Positions 52,291 to 64,000 of a stretch of DNA of 64,000 nt are shown here, in pieces; position 1 is the first letter of the stretch; each line of letters starts with the position of its first letter. The notes under the pieces are model-generated. The model had not been told where the DNA came from, did not search any database, and saw nothing but the letters and a program-made list of their open reading frames with translations. Source of the DNA: Octopus vulgaris (taxonomy: Eukaryota); the NCBI GenBank assembly GCA_951406725.2, contig OX597839.1, positions 34,534,001 through 34,598,000 of the forward strand, read 5' to 3'. The position numbers and the translations under genes were made by a program.

Positions 52291-52464
52291 CCATGCTGCC
52301 AGACGAGATGGTGAAGATGCCGACGACTGCTTTGTTCAAAGCCTCCCTGGACCTCAAGTGGCCTGAACTCTTTACATGAACACCACCCTGTACTTAACTC
52401 CATGTCCCCCTACATGGCCTTGCTATTTGCTTTTGAGCCAAAAATTAACTAACTAACTAACTAA
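52291..52464 (+). mobile_element. CR1-clade LINE 3' end, second copy, inserted into the hammerhead element
   Basis: Colinear with 50075-50240; (TAAC)n tail. Confidence 0.82.
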
Positions 52465-52519
52465 ATTAATCAGGTTACTGCCTGGAATCCAACTCGAAAT
52501 CTTTGTAAAAACTCACATA

Positions 52520-52735
52520 TGGCGTAGTGGCTAAGAGTGTGGGCTACTAACCCTGAAATTCCAAGTTCGATTCTAAGCAGTGACCTGGATAATAATTATA
52601 ACATTGAAAAATACCTTAGGAATGAGAACCCAAGTTCGAAATTTCCCCAAGACACCTGATGACGGCTGGAGATTATATCAGCTGAAACATTGTGTTAACA
52701 ACAAACAAATATCTGTCAAATGTAAATAATGTAAA
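52520..52735 (+). mobile_element. tRNA-headed element with a degenerate hammerhead copy (52651-52696)
   Basis: A box TGGCGTAGTGG and B box GTTCGATTC, then a body that is the inverted copy of 52145-52290. Confidence 0.65.
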
Positions 52736-53758
52736 TTGTTTCCATGGGTCAAACTCAGAAAGGATGACTCAATTTACATCTCTAAATGAACTACTGCTCA
52801 AACACTATCTCTAACCCTTTAGCATTTAAGCAGGCCAAAATCAGGCACAGATATTCTACTTGTTTTATGTTCAAACTGGCCAGATCTGGATTCTCAAACA
52901 GCCCCTAAAATTAATCAATGTTTGACAGAGTAATCTGAATGTCAAAGGGTTCCGGATGCTTAATAAGAATCCAGGTTTCAACTTTGGTTTATTTTGCCAT
53001 TTGACAACATGTCACATCACTAAATCTTGCTAATGCCATGTAGGAAAGACATGGATATCATAAGTTCTAATATATCTGCCTTGGAAATTTTAAGCTTCAT
53101 GGTTATGTCAGAAACATGTCTTTAACCCAGTCATATCCAGCCTTAATGTTCTACATGTTTTATGTACAAACAGGACAGATCTGGACTTTCACACCTACCC
53201 TACAATGTCACTCTAAAAATAAGCAATCGTATCATCAAATTCTCAGAGCCATGAGATAATGCCGGATCAATTCAAAATGTGAATAAGCTTTACGTTTGAT
53301 AGAATAATCTGAACCCTAAAAGAGTAAAAAAGGATGACATTTTCTTTTTTTGGCATCTCAGTTCAGTAATACTCAGATACAAAGCTTTCAAGTCACTTTA
53401 CATGTTTTGAGTATTTTTACAAAGTTCACAAGAAATTTATAGAAGAAAGCAACAAGATGTTGTAACATTGAAGGCTCTCCCTAAATTGGGGTTCAGTGAT
53501 TCTCAATCCCTTGGATTCCTATTTCACTCAGATGGACCCTCATAGCTATTCTGTGTTTAAAAAATTGCCATTACGTTTTTATAATTAAATAATAGGAATT
53601 CTATAAAAATAATTTTTTTAAATATTTTGTGTACTGTAGAAATATAACCAATCTCTTGCAGACAAATTTTAACAACAAAATCTTATTTGAACCCCTAAGG
53701 GCCATATGGAGGACCTTAACTGAAAACCACAACAAAGGTGAAATTTACTGAGCCTTAA

Positions 53759-53979
53759 CCCTTTAGCATTCGTATTAATTTGGCAAAAATAATCCTTATT
53801 TATTCACATTTAAAAAAAAATTATCTGATATTATTTTGTAGCTTCAAGACAGGAAAGATGTAATTGCTTATTTTTAGAGTGACATTGCAGGGTAGGTGTG
53901 AGATGCTGGCTCTGGCCAGTTTGAGCATAAAATGTGTAGAATATTTGGGCCGGATGCAGCCGGTTTAAACACTAAAGGG
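53759..53979. mobile_element. piggyBac-type MITE (TTAA target)
   Basis: TTAA|CCCTTTAG...CTAAAGGG|TTAA. Related copies near 45030-45250, 52815-52950, 53125-53325 and 60345-60570. Confidence 0.7.
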
Positions 53980-54246
53980 TTAAGTCCTTCTTATTCTACT
54001 GCTCTTTCTACCATCATTCCTCTCAATATCCTTACTATTATCATTACCCTCTTCGCCATTATTATCCTTACTCTTTCCATTACTATCCTTACTTTCTCCA
54101 TCATTACTGTCCTTACTATTACCATCGTTATCCTTACCATTATAATGATTACTCTCCCCATCATTACTTAGTGTATTTACAGCTTCTCAATCATTCTCCT
54201 GACCCCGTAGCAAGCAAATAAGTGAAAACAGCCAGAGTAACATTAC

Positions 54247-54299
54247 CTCTTCGGTCACGCCCACTGCCACTAGAGGGAGCTGTAGGTAGCCTTGGCCTC
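54247..54299 (-). CDS. SH2B: SH2B linker exon (MRPRLPTAPSSGSGRDRR)
   Basis: GC-rich island in an AT-rich intron. T-rich TAG acceptor, GTAATG donor, 53 nt, phase 2/1, which exactly bridges the neighbouring exons. Confidence 0.78.
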
Positions 54300-54505
54300 C
54301 TATAACAAAAATACAAAAAAAAAATAGATAAATAAGTAAACAAGGAATTAATCTTAAATCAAATAAGTCAGGTTTTCTTTGAAATAGCTAATAGAAGAAA
54401 CCCTTTGAGGACCAAGGGAATTGGTAAGGTTGACAGTAACCCTTTAGGTATAAACTCATCGGGGACCCCTTGGTTCTTATGATAAAATCTTCCATTTATT
54501 AAGTA

Positions 54506-54895
54506 GGCGTAGGAGTGGCTGTGTGGTAAGTAACGTGCTTACCAACCACATGGTTCCGGGTTCAGTCCCACTGCGTGGCACCTTGGGCAAGTGCTTTCTG
54601 CTATAGCCTCGGGCCGACCAATGCCTTGTGAGTGGATTTGTAGACGGAAACTGAAAGAAGCCCGTCTTATATATGTATATATGTGTGTGTATTTGTGTGT
54701 CTGTCCCCCCAACATCACTTGACAATTGATGCTGGTGTATTTACGTTCCCGTCACTTAGCAGTTCGGCAAAAGAGACCGATAGAATAAGTACTGGGCTTA
54801 CAAAGAATAAGTCCTGGGGACGATTTGCTCGACTAAAGGCAGTGCTCCAACATGGCCGCAGTCAAATGACTGAAACAAGTAGAAGAGTAAAGAGT
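54506..54895 (+). mobile_element. SINE family A
   Basis: Full copy. Confidence 0.86.
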
Positions 54896-56301
54896 AGGAT
54901 TTATCTTTTTTTAACTCTTTTCTGCAGAACTGCAGGGAAACAAACAAACCAACGCAGGTTGTTGGGGAGAAACAACTCAAAAACACACACTAACACAGCA
55001 GGCTTCCACACAGTTTCCCTTTAACAAATTCATTCACTAACCATCAGTTGTCTTGGGGGTGTATTAGAAGACACTTACCTATGGTGCTGTACAGTGGGAC
55101 TGAACCCCCAAAGCCACGTGGTCGCAAAGCTTGCTTCTTAACCACACGGCCATACCGTATGTAAATATGCATGCATGTAGGTATATATGTATGTGTGTAT
55201 GTAGAAGTGTGTGTGTGTATTTGTAGGTGCTAATGTATATGTAGAAGTGAAGTGTTTGCTTATTTTGGAAAACAGTTAAACATTTCTACACACACATTAA
55301 CACCTACAAATATACATACACATGCACACACACTTCTATATACATATATACCTACACACATATATAAACACACAAATACATATATAAACATACAATCACA
55401 CATACGTGTACATACACACATATCCACCTGCTCAAAATACATATATCTATACCCATACACATACATAGACACACATCTACATACATATTTTTATTTTATT
55501 TTATCTAGTTTCAGCTCACGAGCTGTGGCCATGCTGGGGCACCGCCATTTGGTGTTGCTACATGATTTTACTTCACGAATGCTTTTTAGCAATTGCCATT
55601 TGGTGCATGAGAGAGTTCGATGCAGCTGCCCTCATCTGCACCTCCTGCCATGAAGTTGGTTCATCTGGGACATCATGGGACATGTATACCTACACACATA
55701 TATATAAACACACACAAATATATATATATATATATATATATAAACATACAATCACACATACATGTATATACATACATATCCACCTGCTCAAAATACACAT
55801 ATATATACCCACACACAAACACATCTAGATATATATATATATTGTCCAACCCACGCTAGCATGGAGAACGGACGTTAAACGATGATGATGATGATGATAT
55901 ACCTACACACATATATAAACACACAAATATATATATAAACATACAATCACACATACGTGTATATACACGCATATCTACCTGTTCAATATACATACATCTA
56001 TACCTACACACAAACACACAAACATGCACACAAAAACACTAATACATATCACAAAAATACAATTATACATACATGCATATATATATATATATATATATAT
56101 ATAAACATACAATCACACGTGTATATACACACATATCCACCTGATCAACATACATACATCCATACCCAGACACACTACAAAAATACAATTATACATAGAT
56201 ACAACTATACATACATGCATATATATATACACACACGCACATATATATACACCTATTCAACAGAACTGAATGCAAGCGGGTGTATATGCGCGTATACATA
56301 C

Positions 56302-56423
56302 ATGACAAGCGTAGCATCCATCCCACTGGGATCCATCTGTATGCAGCTTCGGATTGCATTCAGCCAAGATACCATACTTTCCCAATCGGCCGCCTCCACT
56401 ACATATTCCATTGTCCCTTCTCC
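56302..56423 (-). CDS. SH2B: SH2B exon, end of PH domain (GEGTMEYVVEAADWESMVSWLNAIRSCIQMDPSGMDATLV)
   Basis: PH C-terminal helix with the conserved Trp. Poly-T plus CCAG acceptor, GTATGT donor, 122 nt, phase 0/2. Confidence 0.9.
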
Positions 56424-56484
56424 CTGGAAAAAAAAAAAACAAACAAAAATCAAAAATTAAACAGTAACATACTGGGGGTTGTGG

Positions 56485-56980
56485 TGGCTGTGTGGTTAAC
56501 AAGTTGGATTTCCAACCACATGGTCCAAGGTTCAGTCCCACGTCTTGGTCCTTGGGCCAAATGTCTTTTACTATGACCATGGACCAGCAAAAAGCCTTGT
56601 CAGTGGATTTGACAAATGGAAACTGAAAGAAGCCCACCATGTGTGGGTACGTATCATAGCTGTGTGGTAAGAAACTTGCTTCCAAACAACCTAGGTCTGG
56701 GTTCAGTCCCACTGTTTGGCACCTTGGGCAAATTTCTTCTATGATAGCCTTGGGTCGACCAAAACCTTGTGAGTGGATTTAACAAATGGAAACTGAAAGA
56801 AGCCTACCATGTGTGAGTACACATCATGGCTGTGTGGTAAGAAGCTTGCTTTCAAACTACATGGGTCTGGGTTCAGTCCCACTGTGTGACACCTTGGGCA
56901 AATTTCTTCTATGATAACCTTGGGTTGACCAAACCTTGTGAGTGGTTTTAACAAATGGAAACTGAAAGAAGCCCACCATT
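56485..56980 (+). repeat. Three tandem units (about 170 bp) of the SINE family A 5' half
   Basis: GGAAACTGAAAGAAGCC recurs near 56618, 56788 and 56957. Confidence 0.85.
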
Positions 56981-57455
56981 TACATAACAGTTTGTGTGTA
57001 TGTTGGTGTTTATCCTGTGGGTTTGTTTATGTCCCATAACTTAGCAGATCAGCAAATGGGATCATGCTTAAAAACAAAAAAAAAACCCCACTGGTGGTGA
57101 TTTGGTCAACTAAAATTCAAGGTGGTGCCCCAGCGTGGCCGCAGTCTCGTGGCTGAAGCAAAGCATAAAGGACGTGTGTATGTGTGTGTGTGTGTTTGAG
57201 AGAGGGAGGGCAAACGTGGCAGGGTATGTCTGTGTCCCCTTTTCTTCATATTGTAAAAGAATGTCATTCATTGCCAATATTCCAAGCAAACATGTCTGGG
57301 CCATGGGGAACAGAATATTATGTTGCTTGGTGACAGGAGAGGCACCCGGCTGTAGTGACGTCAAAACAAGGAACCCCTATTACATAAGGGAGCTATTTTA
57401 TTTGTGCATGTGTATGTGTTTGCGTGTGCATGTGCATGTATGTGTATGTATGTGC

Positions 57456-57490
<35 letters not shown>

Positions 57491-57491
<1 letters not shown>

Positions 57492-57705
57492 GGTGAGCTG
57501 GCAGAATCGTTAGCACGCCAGGCGAAATGCGTAGCCCTAACGTTCTGGGTTCAAATTCCGCCGAGGTCGACTTTGTCCTTCATCCTTTCAGGGTCGATAA
57601 ATTAGGTACCAGTTACGCACTGGGGGTCGATGTAATCGACTTAATCCGTTTGTCTGTCCTTGCATGTCCCCAATGTGTTTAGCCCCTTGTGGCTAGTAAA
57701 GAAAT
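57491..57705 (+). mobile_element. SINE family B in a (TA)n tract
   Basis: Colinear copy. Confidence 0.84.
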
Positions 57706-58361
57706 ATATATATATATATATATATATATAGGTGTATGCCTCCGTCCAACCCATGTTAGCATGGAAAGCGGACACTAAACGTAGATGATGATGATGATGA
57801 TGATGTATATCTATGTATGTATGTGTTGCTTCTCTTTGAATGCCCCATCCACTGCTCACCCTCAATTATTTCATCTGCCCCCATTATATAACGGTGACAG
57901 CTGTGCATGTGGGGGGGGCGGGGCGCACTTATGGCAGAAGTTTGCATAAAATAATTTGGTGAGAAGGGAACACACATACAATGCTTGATTTCAATACCAA
58001 ATAAAACTCCCACGCCCGCAACCTCTCCCTCACACCCCACATACCAATTGCAGAAGTAGTGGGGGTGCATGGCTTAGCGGTTAAGGGTGTTGGACTCATG
58101 ATCATAAGATTGTGGTTTCGATTCCTGGACCAGGTGACATGTTGTGTACTTGAGCAAAACACTTCATTTCACATGGCCCCAAGTCCACTCAGCTGGCAAC
58201 AGTGAGTAAACCTGTGACAGACTGGCATCTTATCCGGGTGGGGAATTTATACGCGATGGAAACCAGGAAACAGGCCCTTATGGGTCAGCATGACTGGAGA
58301 AGGTGCCCCCCCCCACCCTTTTTTTTTTTTTTTTTTTTTTTTGATTGCAGAAGTCCCTTAC

Positions 58362-58460
58362 CTTGATAACAAAAGTATTTTCTCGGTCAGGCATTTCCAA
58401 AGCTGTCGTTTCACGGATTTCCGTAATCAGGCACAAAGGAACAGTCCTTGGTTTAAAAGA
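58362..58460 (-). CDS. SH2B: SH2B/Lnk adaptor exon, PH domain (SFKPRTVPLCLITEIRETTALEMPDRENTFVIK); most 5' exon visible in the window
   Basis: TTALEMPDRENTFV is the SH2B-family PH signature. Pyrimidine tract plus CAG acceptor (58461-62), GTAAGG donor, 99 nt, phase 0/0. Confidence 0.93.
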
Positions 58461-59519
58461 CTGGAAAGAAAAGAAAAAAGGAAATTTGAAATTAAGCTTA
58501 AACAATAGGCAGATTAACTATAGGCACAATAAGAATGTATAGGCACAAAAATATAGTTAAGAAGCTTATTTTGCAGCTATTTGGTTTTGGGTTCAGTCCC
58601 ACTGTATGGCACCTTAAACATACTGCAGCCTGGGTCAATCAATGCCTTGAGTGAATTTGGTCAATGGAAACAGTATAGAAGCCCATAATACAGTGTACAT
58701 ATGTGTGTGTGTGTGTGTATATCGCTTCACTTCTTGGCAGCTAGTGTTGGTTTGTTAATGTTCCCCATAACTTAGCAGTTCGACAAAAGCAACTGATAGA
58801 ATAAACACCTGACTGTTAAAAAAACAAGTACAGGTGGGGTGGGGTCGATTTGCTCGACTGATGAACTCTTCAAGGTGGGGCTCCAGTATGGCCACAGTCC
58901 AATGATCAAAACAAAGCCATATACAAAAAGAACAATGGAACAGGGACCCTAAAAATCAAATTTAGAGAGGAGTGGCATGGATGGGCGGGCAGGGGCAATG
59001 ATTCAACAAAAATCAAAAAATTTAGTTTCCATAAAAAAAAAATTGTAACAAAAAAATTTTTTTTATTTTTGAGAAATTTCTATTTATTTATTTATTTATT
59101 ATTCATTGTCTCTCAGCTCGTTAATTGAAATAATTAGATAATCAGAAGACTCGTTATGTAACTTCCATCCATGCTTCATTAACACTTGTAGTCATACTTC
59201 ATTAATCTTTGCAATGTAATCAGCTGTTCTCACTCAAACCACAATTAGTTCTCACTGACATTTAGCTCCGAGTTTGAAATATTAGACGGAGATTGAGAGA
59301 CGAGGTGTGGGGGGCAGGAGAAAGACATCAGTGTTTCCCAAGAGCTGGTTAATTCCAAGGAATACCAAGGGTTCCGTGAAGAACTTTGGGGTTCCACAAA
59401 ACAAGGTTCCTTTCCTTCTCGAGCCATGCCAGGCTCATAAGGGCCGGTTTCCCGGTTTCAGTGGCGGAGAAATTCCCCCACCTGGACAGGACGCCAGTCC
59501 CTCGCAGGATTACTCATTT

Positions 59520-59752
59520 ATAAGGTGGCAAGCTGGGAGAAACGTTAGCACGCCGGGCAAAATGCTTAACGGTATTTCGTCTGCAGTTACGTTCTGAGTT
59601 CAAATCCCGCCAAGGTCAACTTTGCCTTTCATCCTCTCAGGGTCGATAAATTAAGTACCAGTTACGCACGGGTACGATGCAATCGACTTAATCCGTTTGT
59701 CTGTCCTTGTTCGTCCCCTCTGTGTTTAGACCCTTGCGGGTAGTAAAGAAAT
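59520..59752 (+). mobile_element. SINE family B nested in a family C SINE
   Basis: 13-bp TSD GGATTACTCATTT. Confidence 0.86.
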
Positions 59753-60777
59753 AGGATTACTCATTTTTGCCAGCTGAGTGAACTGGAGCAAGGTGAAATG
59801 AAGTGTTTTGCTCAAGAACACAATGCATCACCTGGTCCAGGAATTGAAACCACGACCTTACGATCATGAGTTCAACACCCTAACCACTAAGCCACGTGCC
59901 TCCACACAAAACAAGGTGCTTTTTGATAACGTTTAATAAAAACAAAAATGCCATATTTGATGGCATAAAAGACCGACAGGTATATCAAACACACCTCAAT
60001 TTCAGCAGCACATTGGTGGAAAAGCACTTAGACTGGCTGGCACCATGTGGAGGGCACCCAAGCCACTGTAAAACAGTTGAAGTTAAGAAGGGCATCAAGC
60101 TGTGGAAACGGTGCTGAAACAGACACTGGAACCTGGTACGGTTCCCTCTCAAACTGTCCAACCCATACCAGCATGGAAAACATACGTTAAACAATGATGT
60201 TAATGATATATCCAGCTTAAGGCAGCGACCTGGCAGAATCGTTAGAACACTGGCTGGAATGCTTAGCAGCATTTCGGCTGCCGTTACATTCCAAGTTCAA
60301 ATTCCACCGAGGTCGACTTTGCCTTTCATGCTTTCGGGGTCAATTAACACTTTAGTATTTAAACCGGCCCTATCCGGCCAAAATATTTAATCTGTTTTAT
60401 GCTCAAACTGACCAGATCCAGGCCCTCACACCTACCCTACAATGTTATTCTAGATTAAGTAATTGCACCATCAAGATCTTGAAGATATGAGATAATGCAT
60501 GATTAATTCAAATCAATGGGAATCAATAAGTATTATGTTTGATTGAATAATCTGAACACTAAAGGGTTAAATAAGTACCAGTTAGGCACTGGGGTCGTTG
60601 TAATCAACTTAATTGCTTTGTCTGTCCCCTCTATGTTTAGCCTCCTGTGGGCTGTAAAGAAATAGATAAACCTAGTTTGATGGCATGAAGTATGTACAGG
60701 GATAATAGAGGGACCCTAATTTTAGCAATGCATATTCAGAGAGAGAAAAAAAGGTTAAATCATGTTAAATTTTGCAA

Positions 60778-60930
60778 TGGCTGTTTGGTAAGAAACTTGC
60801 TTCCCAACCACATAGCTCCATGTTCAATCTCATTGCGTGGCACCTTGGCCAAGTGTCTTCTGCTATAGCCTCGGGCCGACCAAAGCCATGTGAGTGGATT
60901 TGGTAGGTGGAAACTGAAAGAAGCCCGTCA

Positions 60931-60972
<42 letters not shown>

Positions 60973-61205
60973 CATCGTATATATGTATATATTTATGTGT
61001 GTCTGTGTTTGTATCCCCCCAACATTGCTTGACAACTGATGCTGGTGTGTTTACATCCCCGTAACTTAGCAATTCGGCAAAGGTTACAGATAGAATAAGT
61101 ACTAGGCTTACAAAGAATAGGTCCTGGGGTTGATTTCTTCGACTGAAAAACCCCTTTAAGACTGCCCCAGCATGGCCACAGTCCAATGACTGAAACAAGT
61201 AAAAG
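60778..61205 (+). mobile_element. SINE family A
   Basis: Near-full copy. Confidence 0.82.
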
Positions 61206-61520
61206 AAGAAGAAGAAAAGAAGGAAAGAATACAAGCTGAGGTGAATTTCTGAGACATTTTTTTTGAGGGGAGGGACACAAAGCACATTCTGTATGGCATG
61301 AAATATTGTCTATTTCGTAACCGAAATGGATTCACCATTTTCAACCTATATTATCTTTTATCTTTTACTTGTTTTAGTTATTAGGCTGAGGCCATGCTGG
61401 GGCACCACCTTGAAGTTTTAGTTAAGTGTACTCGGGTTGATCTAATCAACTGGCCCCCTTCCCACAAACATCAGGCCTTGTGCCTATAACAGAAAGGATT
61501 ATTATTATTATTATTATTAT

Positions 61521-62300
61521 AGGTGAAGAGCTGGCAGAAACGTTAGCATGCCGGGCGAAATACTTAACGGCATTTCGTCTGTCTTTATGTTCTGAGTTCA
61601 AATTCCACCAAGGTCGACTTTGCTTTTCATCCTTTCGGGATCGATAAATTAAGTACCAGTTACACACTGAGGTCGATGTAATCGACTTAATCTGTTTGTC
61701 TGTCCTTGTTTGCCCCTTGTGGGCAATGAAGAAATAAGAAACATTAGCATGCCGGGAAAAATGCTTAGCAGTATTTTGTCTGTCTTTACGTTCTGAGTTT
61801 AAATTCCGCCGAGATCAACTTTGCTTTTCATCCTTTTGGGTTCGATAAATTAAGTACCTATTTCTTTATTACCCACAAGGGGATAAACATAGAAGGGACA
61901 AAGACAGACATAGGTATTAAGTCGATTACATTGACCCCAGTGCGTAACTGGTACTTGATTTATCGACCCCGAAAGGATGAAAGGCAAAGTCAATAAATTA
62001 AGTACCAGTTACACACTGGAGTCTATGTAATCGACTTAATCCCATTGTATGTCCTTGTTTGTGCCCTCTATGTTTAGCCCCTTGTGGGCAATAAAGAAAT
62101 AAGAAACGTTAGCACACCAGGCGAAACGCTTAGCGGTATTTCGTCTGTCTTTACGTTCTGAGTTCAAATCCCACCCAGGTCGACTTTGCCCTTCGTCCTT
62201 TCAAAGTCGACAAAATAAGTACCAGTCAAATACTGGGGGACATTGTAATCAATTGGTCCCCTCCCGCAAAATTTCAGACCTTGAGCCTATAGTGGGAATC
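61521..62300. mobile_element. Cluster of nested SINE family B copies in both orientations
   Basis: At least four overlapping copies. Confidence 0.8.
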
Positions 62301-62317
62301 ATTATTATTATTATTAT

Positions 62318-62350
<33 letters not shown>

Positions 62351-62874
62351 AAAGAGTGCAGCTGCTGCAATAGCAACCATTGCCACTGCAGAGACAATGA
62401 GAAAATAGGTGAATATAACAAACCAACAGCAGTCTAGTCTACAGTTTAATGGTCGAGGTGGGGGGTGATGGCTATAATGGTGATGATGATGATGATGCCA
62501 GTAGTACTGATGGTGGTGGTGGTGGTGGTGGTGGTGGTGATGGTGGTGGTGGTGATGATGATGGTGGTGGTGGTGAGGATGGTGGTGGTGGTGGTGAGCT
62601 ATATGTGGCAGCATTCCAAGAACGTTGCGTATAACAAGGATGTTGTTTTTGCTGTTATTTTTATCGTGATGACGACAACAATGATGACGTCTGCCCCCAA
62701 TGTTGTCATCGCAACCCACAACTCTCTTGATTTCTGTTAACTGACATTGGGGGCCTGACGCAGACCCCGTGGTTCATCAGACCCCATCAAACCACCCAAC
62801 CCAAACCAGCACGGAACACAAACATTAAATGATGATAACAATGGTGTTAGCCCTATTTTGCCGTTATCCTACTC

Positions 62875-63330
62875 TGTTTGCGCTCATTAGTCCCTACAGT
62901 TGTCGTTTGCCTCTGCCCTCATTAGTCCCTACAATTATTTTTATTGGCCCTCATTAACCCCTGCAGTCATTTGCCCTCATTAACTCCTACTATCGTTTGC
63001 CCTCATTAATGCCTACCGTCATTTGCCCTCATTAACACCTACTATTGTTTGCCCTCATTAATGCCTACCGTCATTTGCCCTCATTAATTCCTACTGCCGT
63101 TTGCCCTCATTAATCCCTACTGTCGTTTGCCTCTGCCCTCATTAATCCCTACTGTCGTTTGCCTCTGCCCTCATTAGTCCCTACAATTATTATTGGCCCT
63201 CATTAACCCCTGCAGTCATTTGCCCTCATTAACTCCTACTATCGTTTGCATTCATTAATGCCTACCGTCGTTTGCCCTCATTAACCTCTACTGTCGCTTG
63301 CCCTCATTAACACCTACCGTCGCTTGCTCT
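62875..63330. repeat. 26-bp minisatellite TTTGCCCTCATTAATNCCTACYGTCR
   Basis: CCCTCATTA recurs at 63000, 63026, 63052 and 63078. Confidence 0.92.
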
Positions 63331-63542
63331 ACTATAATAATACTATAATAATAACAGTGGTATTAGGTGTACCCAACTAATACGACTGTGGAGAAATACT
63401 GCAGATGAATGCTCCACTGATCGCCATATTGCTGTCTAAAGTTATTCCCATACCATGCAAGGTGACACCAATATCTGCTAAATGGTTTTGGTGTCTGTCA
63501 AGAAAGGTTCTTCATGGTCATTTTACCAGTTTATTATTATTA

Positions 63543-63933
63543 TTACTCTTTTACTTGTCACAGTCATTTGACTGCGGCCATGCTGGAGCACCACCTTTAG
63601 TCAAGCAACTCGACCCCGGGACTTATTCTTTTTGTAAGCCCAGTACTTATTCTATCGGTCTCTTTTGCACAACTGCTAAGCGACGGGGACATAAACACAC
63701 CAGCATCGGTTGTCAAGCAATGCGAGGGGGACAAACACACACACACAAACACACGCGCGCATATATATATATATATACATATATATATACACACATATAT
63801 ACGACGGGCTTCTTTCAGTTTCCGTCTACCAAATCCACTCACAAGGCTTTGGTCGGCCTGAGGCTATAGTAGAAGACACTTGCCCAAGATGCCACGCAGT
63901 GGGACTGAACCCGGAACCATGTGGTTGGTAAGC
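63543..63933 (-). mobile_element. SINE family A, 5'-truncated
   Basis: Reverse-complement copy. Confidence 0.84.
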
Positions 63934-64000
63934 AACCAAAAAAACATTTGTTTCATATATATGAACAACAAAACGTTCTGTTTTTACCATTTCGATTTTG

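Noticed and set aside
52520-52590. A genuine tRNA gene
   Set aside because: A and B boxes are present, but the acceptor and T stems do not pair well and the sequence runs into a repeat body. The same applies to the SINE heads.

Overview
Repeat-rich, AT-rich animal genomic DNA. The SINE and RTE families look like those of octopus (recognised by eye, not by search). The only well-supported host gene is the 3' part of an SH2B/Lnk-family adaptor on the minus strand. Six coding exons chain in frame from 58460 to the stop at 34768 and encode the PH-domain C-half, a linker, the SH2 domain, a Gly-rich/polyQ tail and the terminal [10 protein letters not shown] motif; the 5' exons lie beyond the window. 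There is also a candidate 78-nt cassette exon and a probable intron-containing long 3' UTR. The rest is transposon-derived: a near-full-length decayed RTE LINE with a PHD finger inside the RT, several RTE and CR1 fragments, three tRNA-derived SINE families, non-autonomous Helitrons, hAT- and piggyBac-type MITEs, foldback elements, minisatellites and microsatellites. The most unusual signal is a tRNA-headed (Pol III) element carrying a minimal Penelope-type hammerhead ribozyme, present as a head-to-head inverted pair at about 52.1-52.7 kb. Most of the supplied short ORFs are microsatellite or SINE artefacts. Repeat boundaries are approximate unless a TSD is given.
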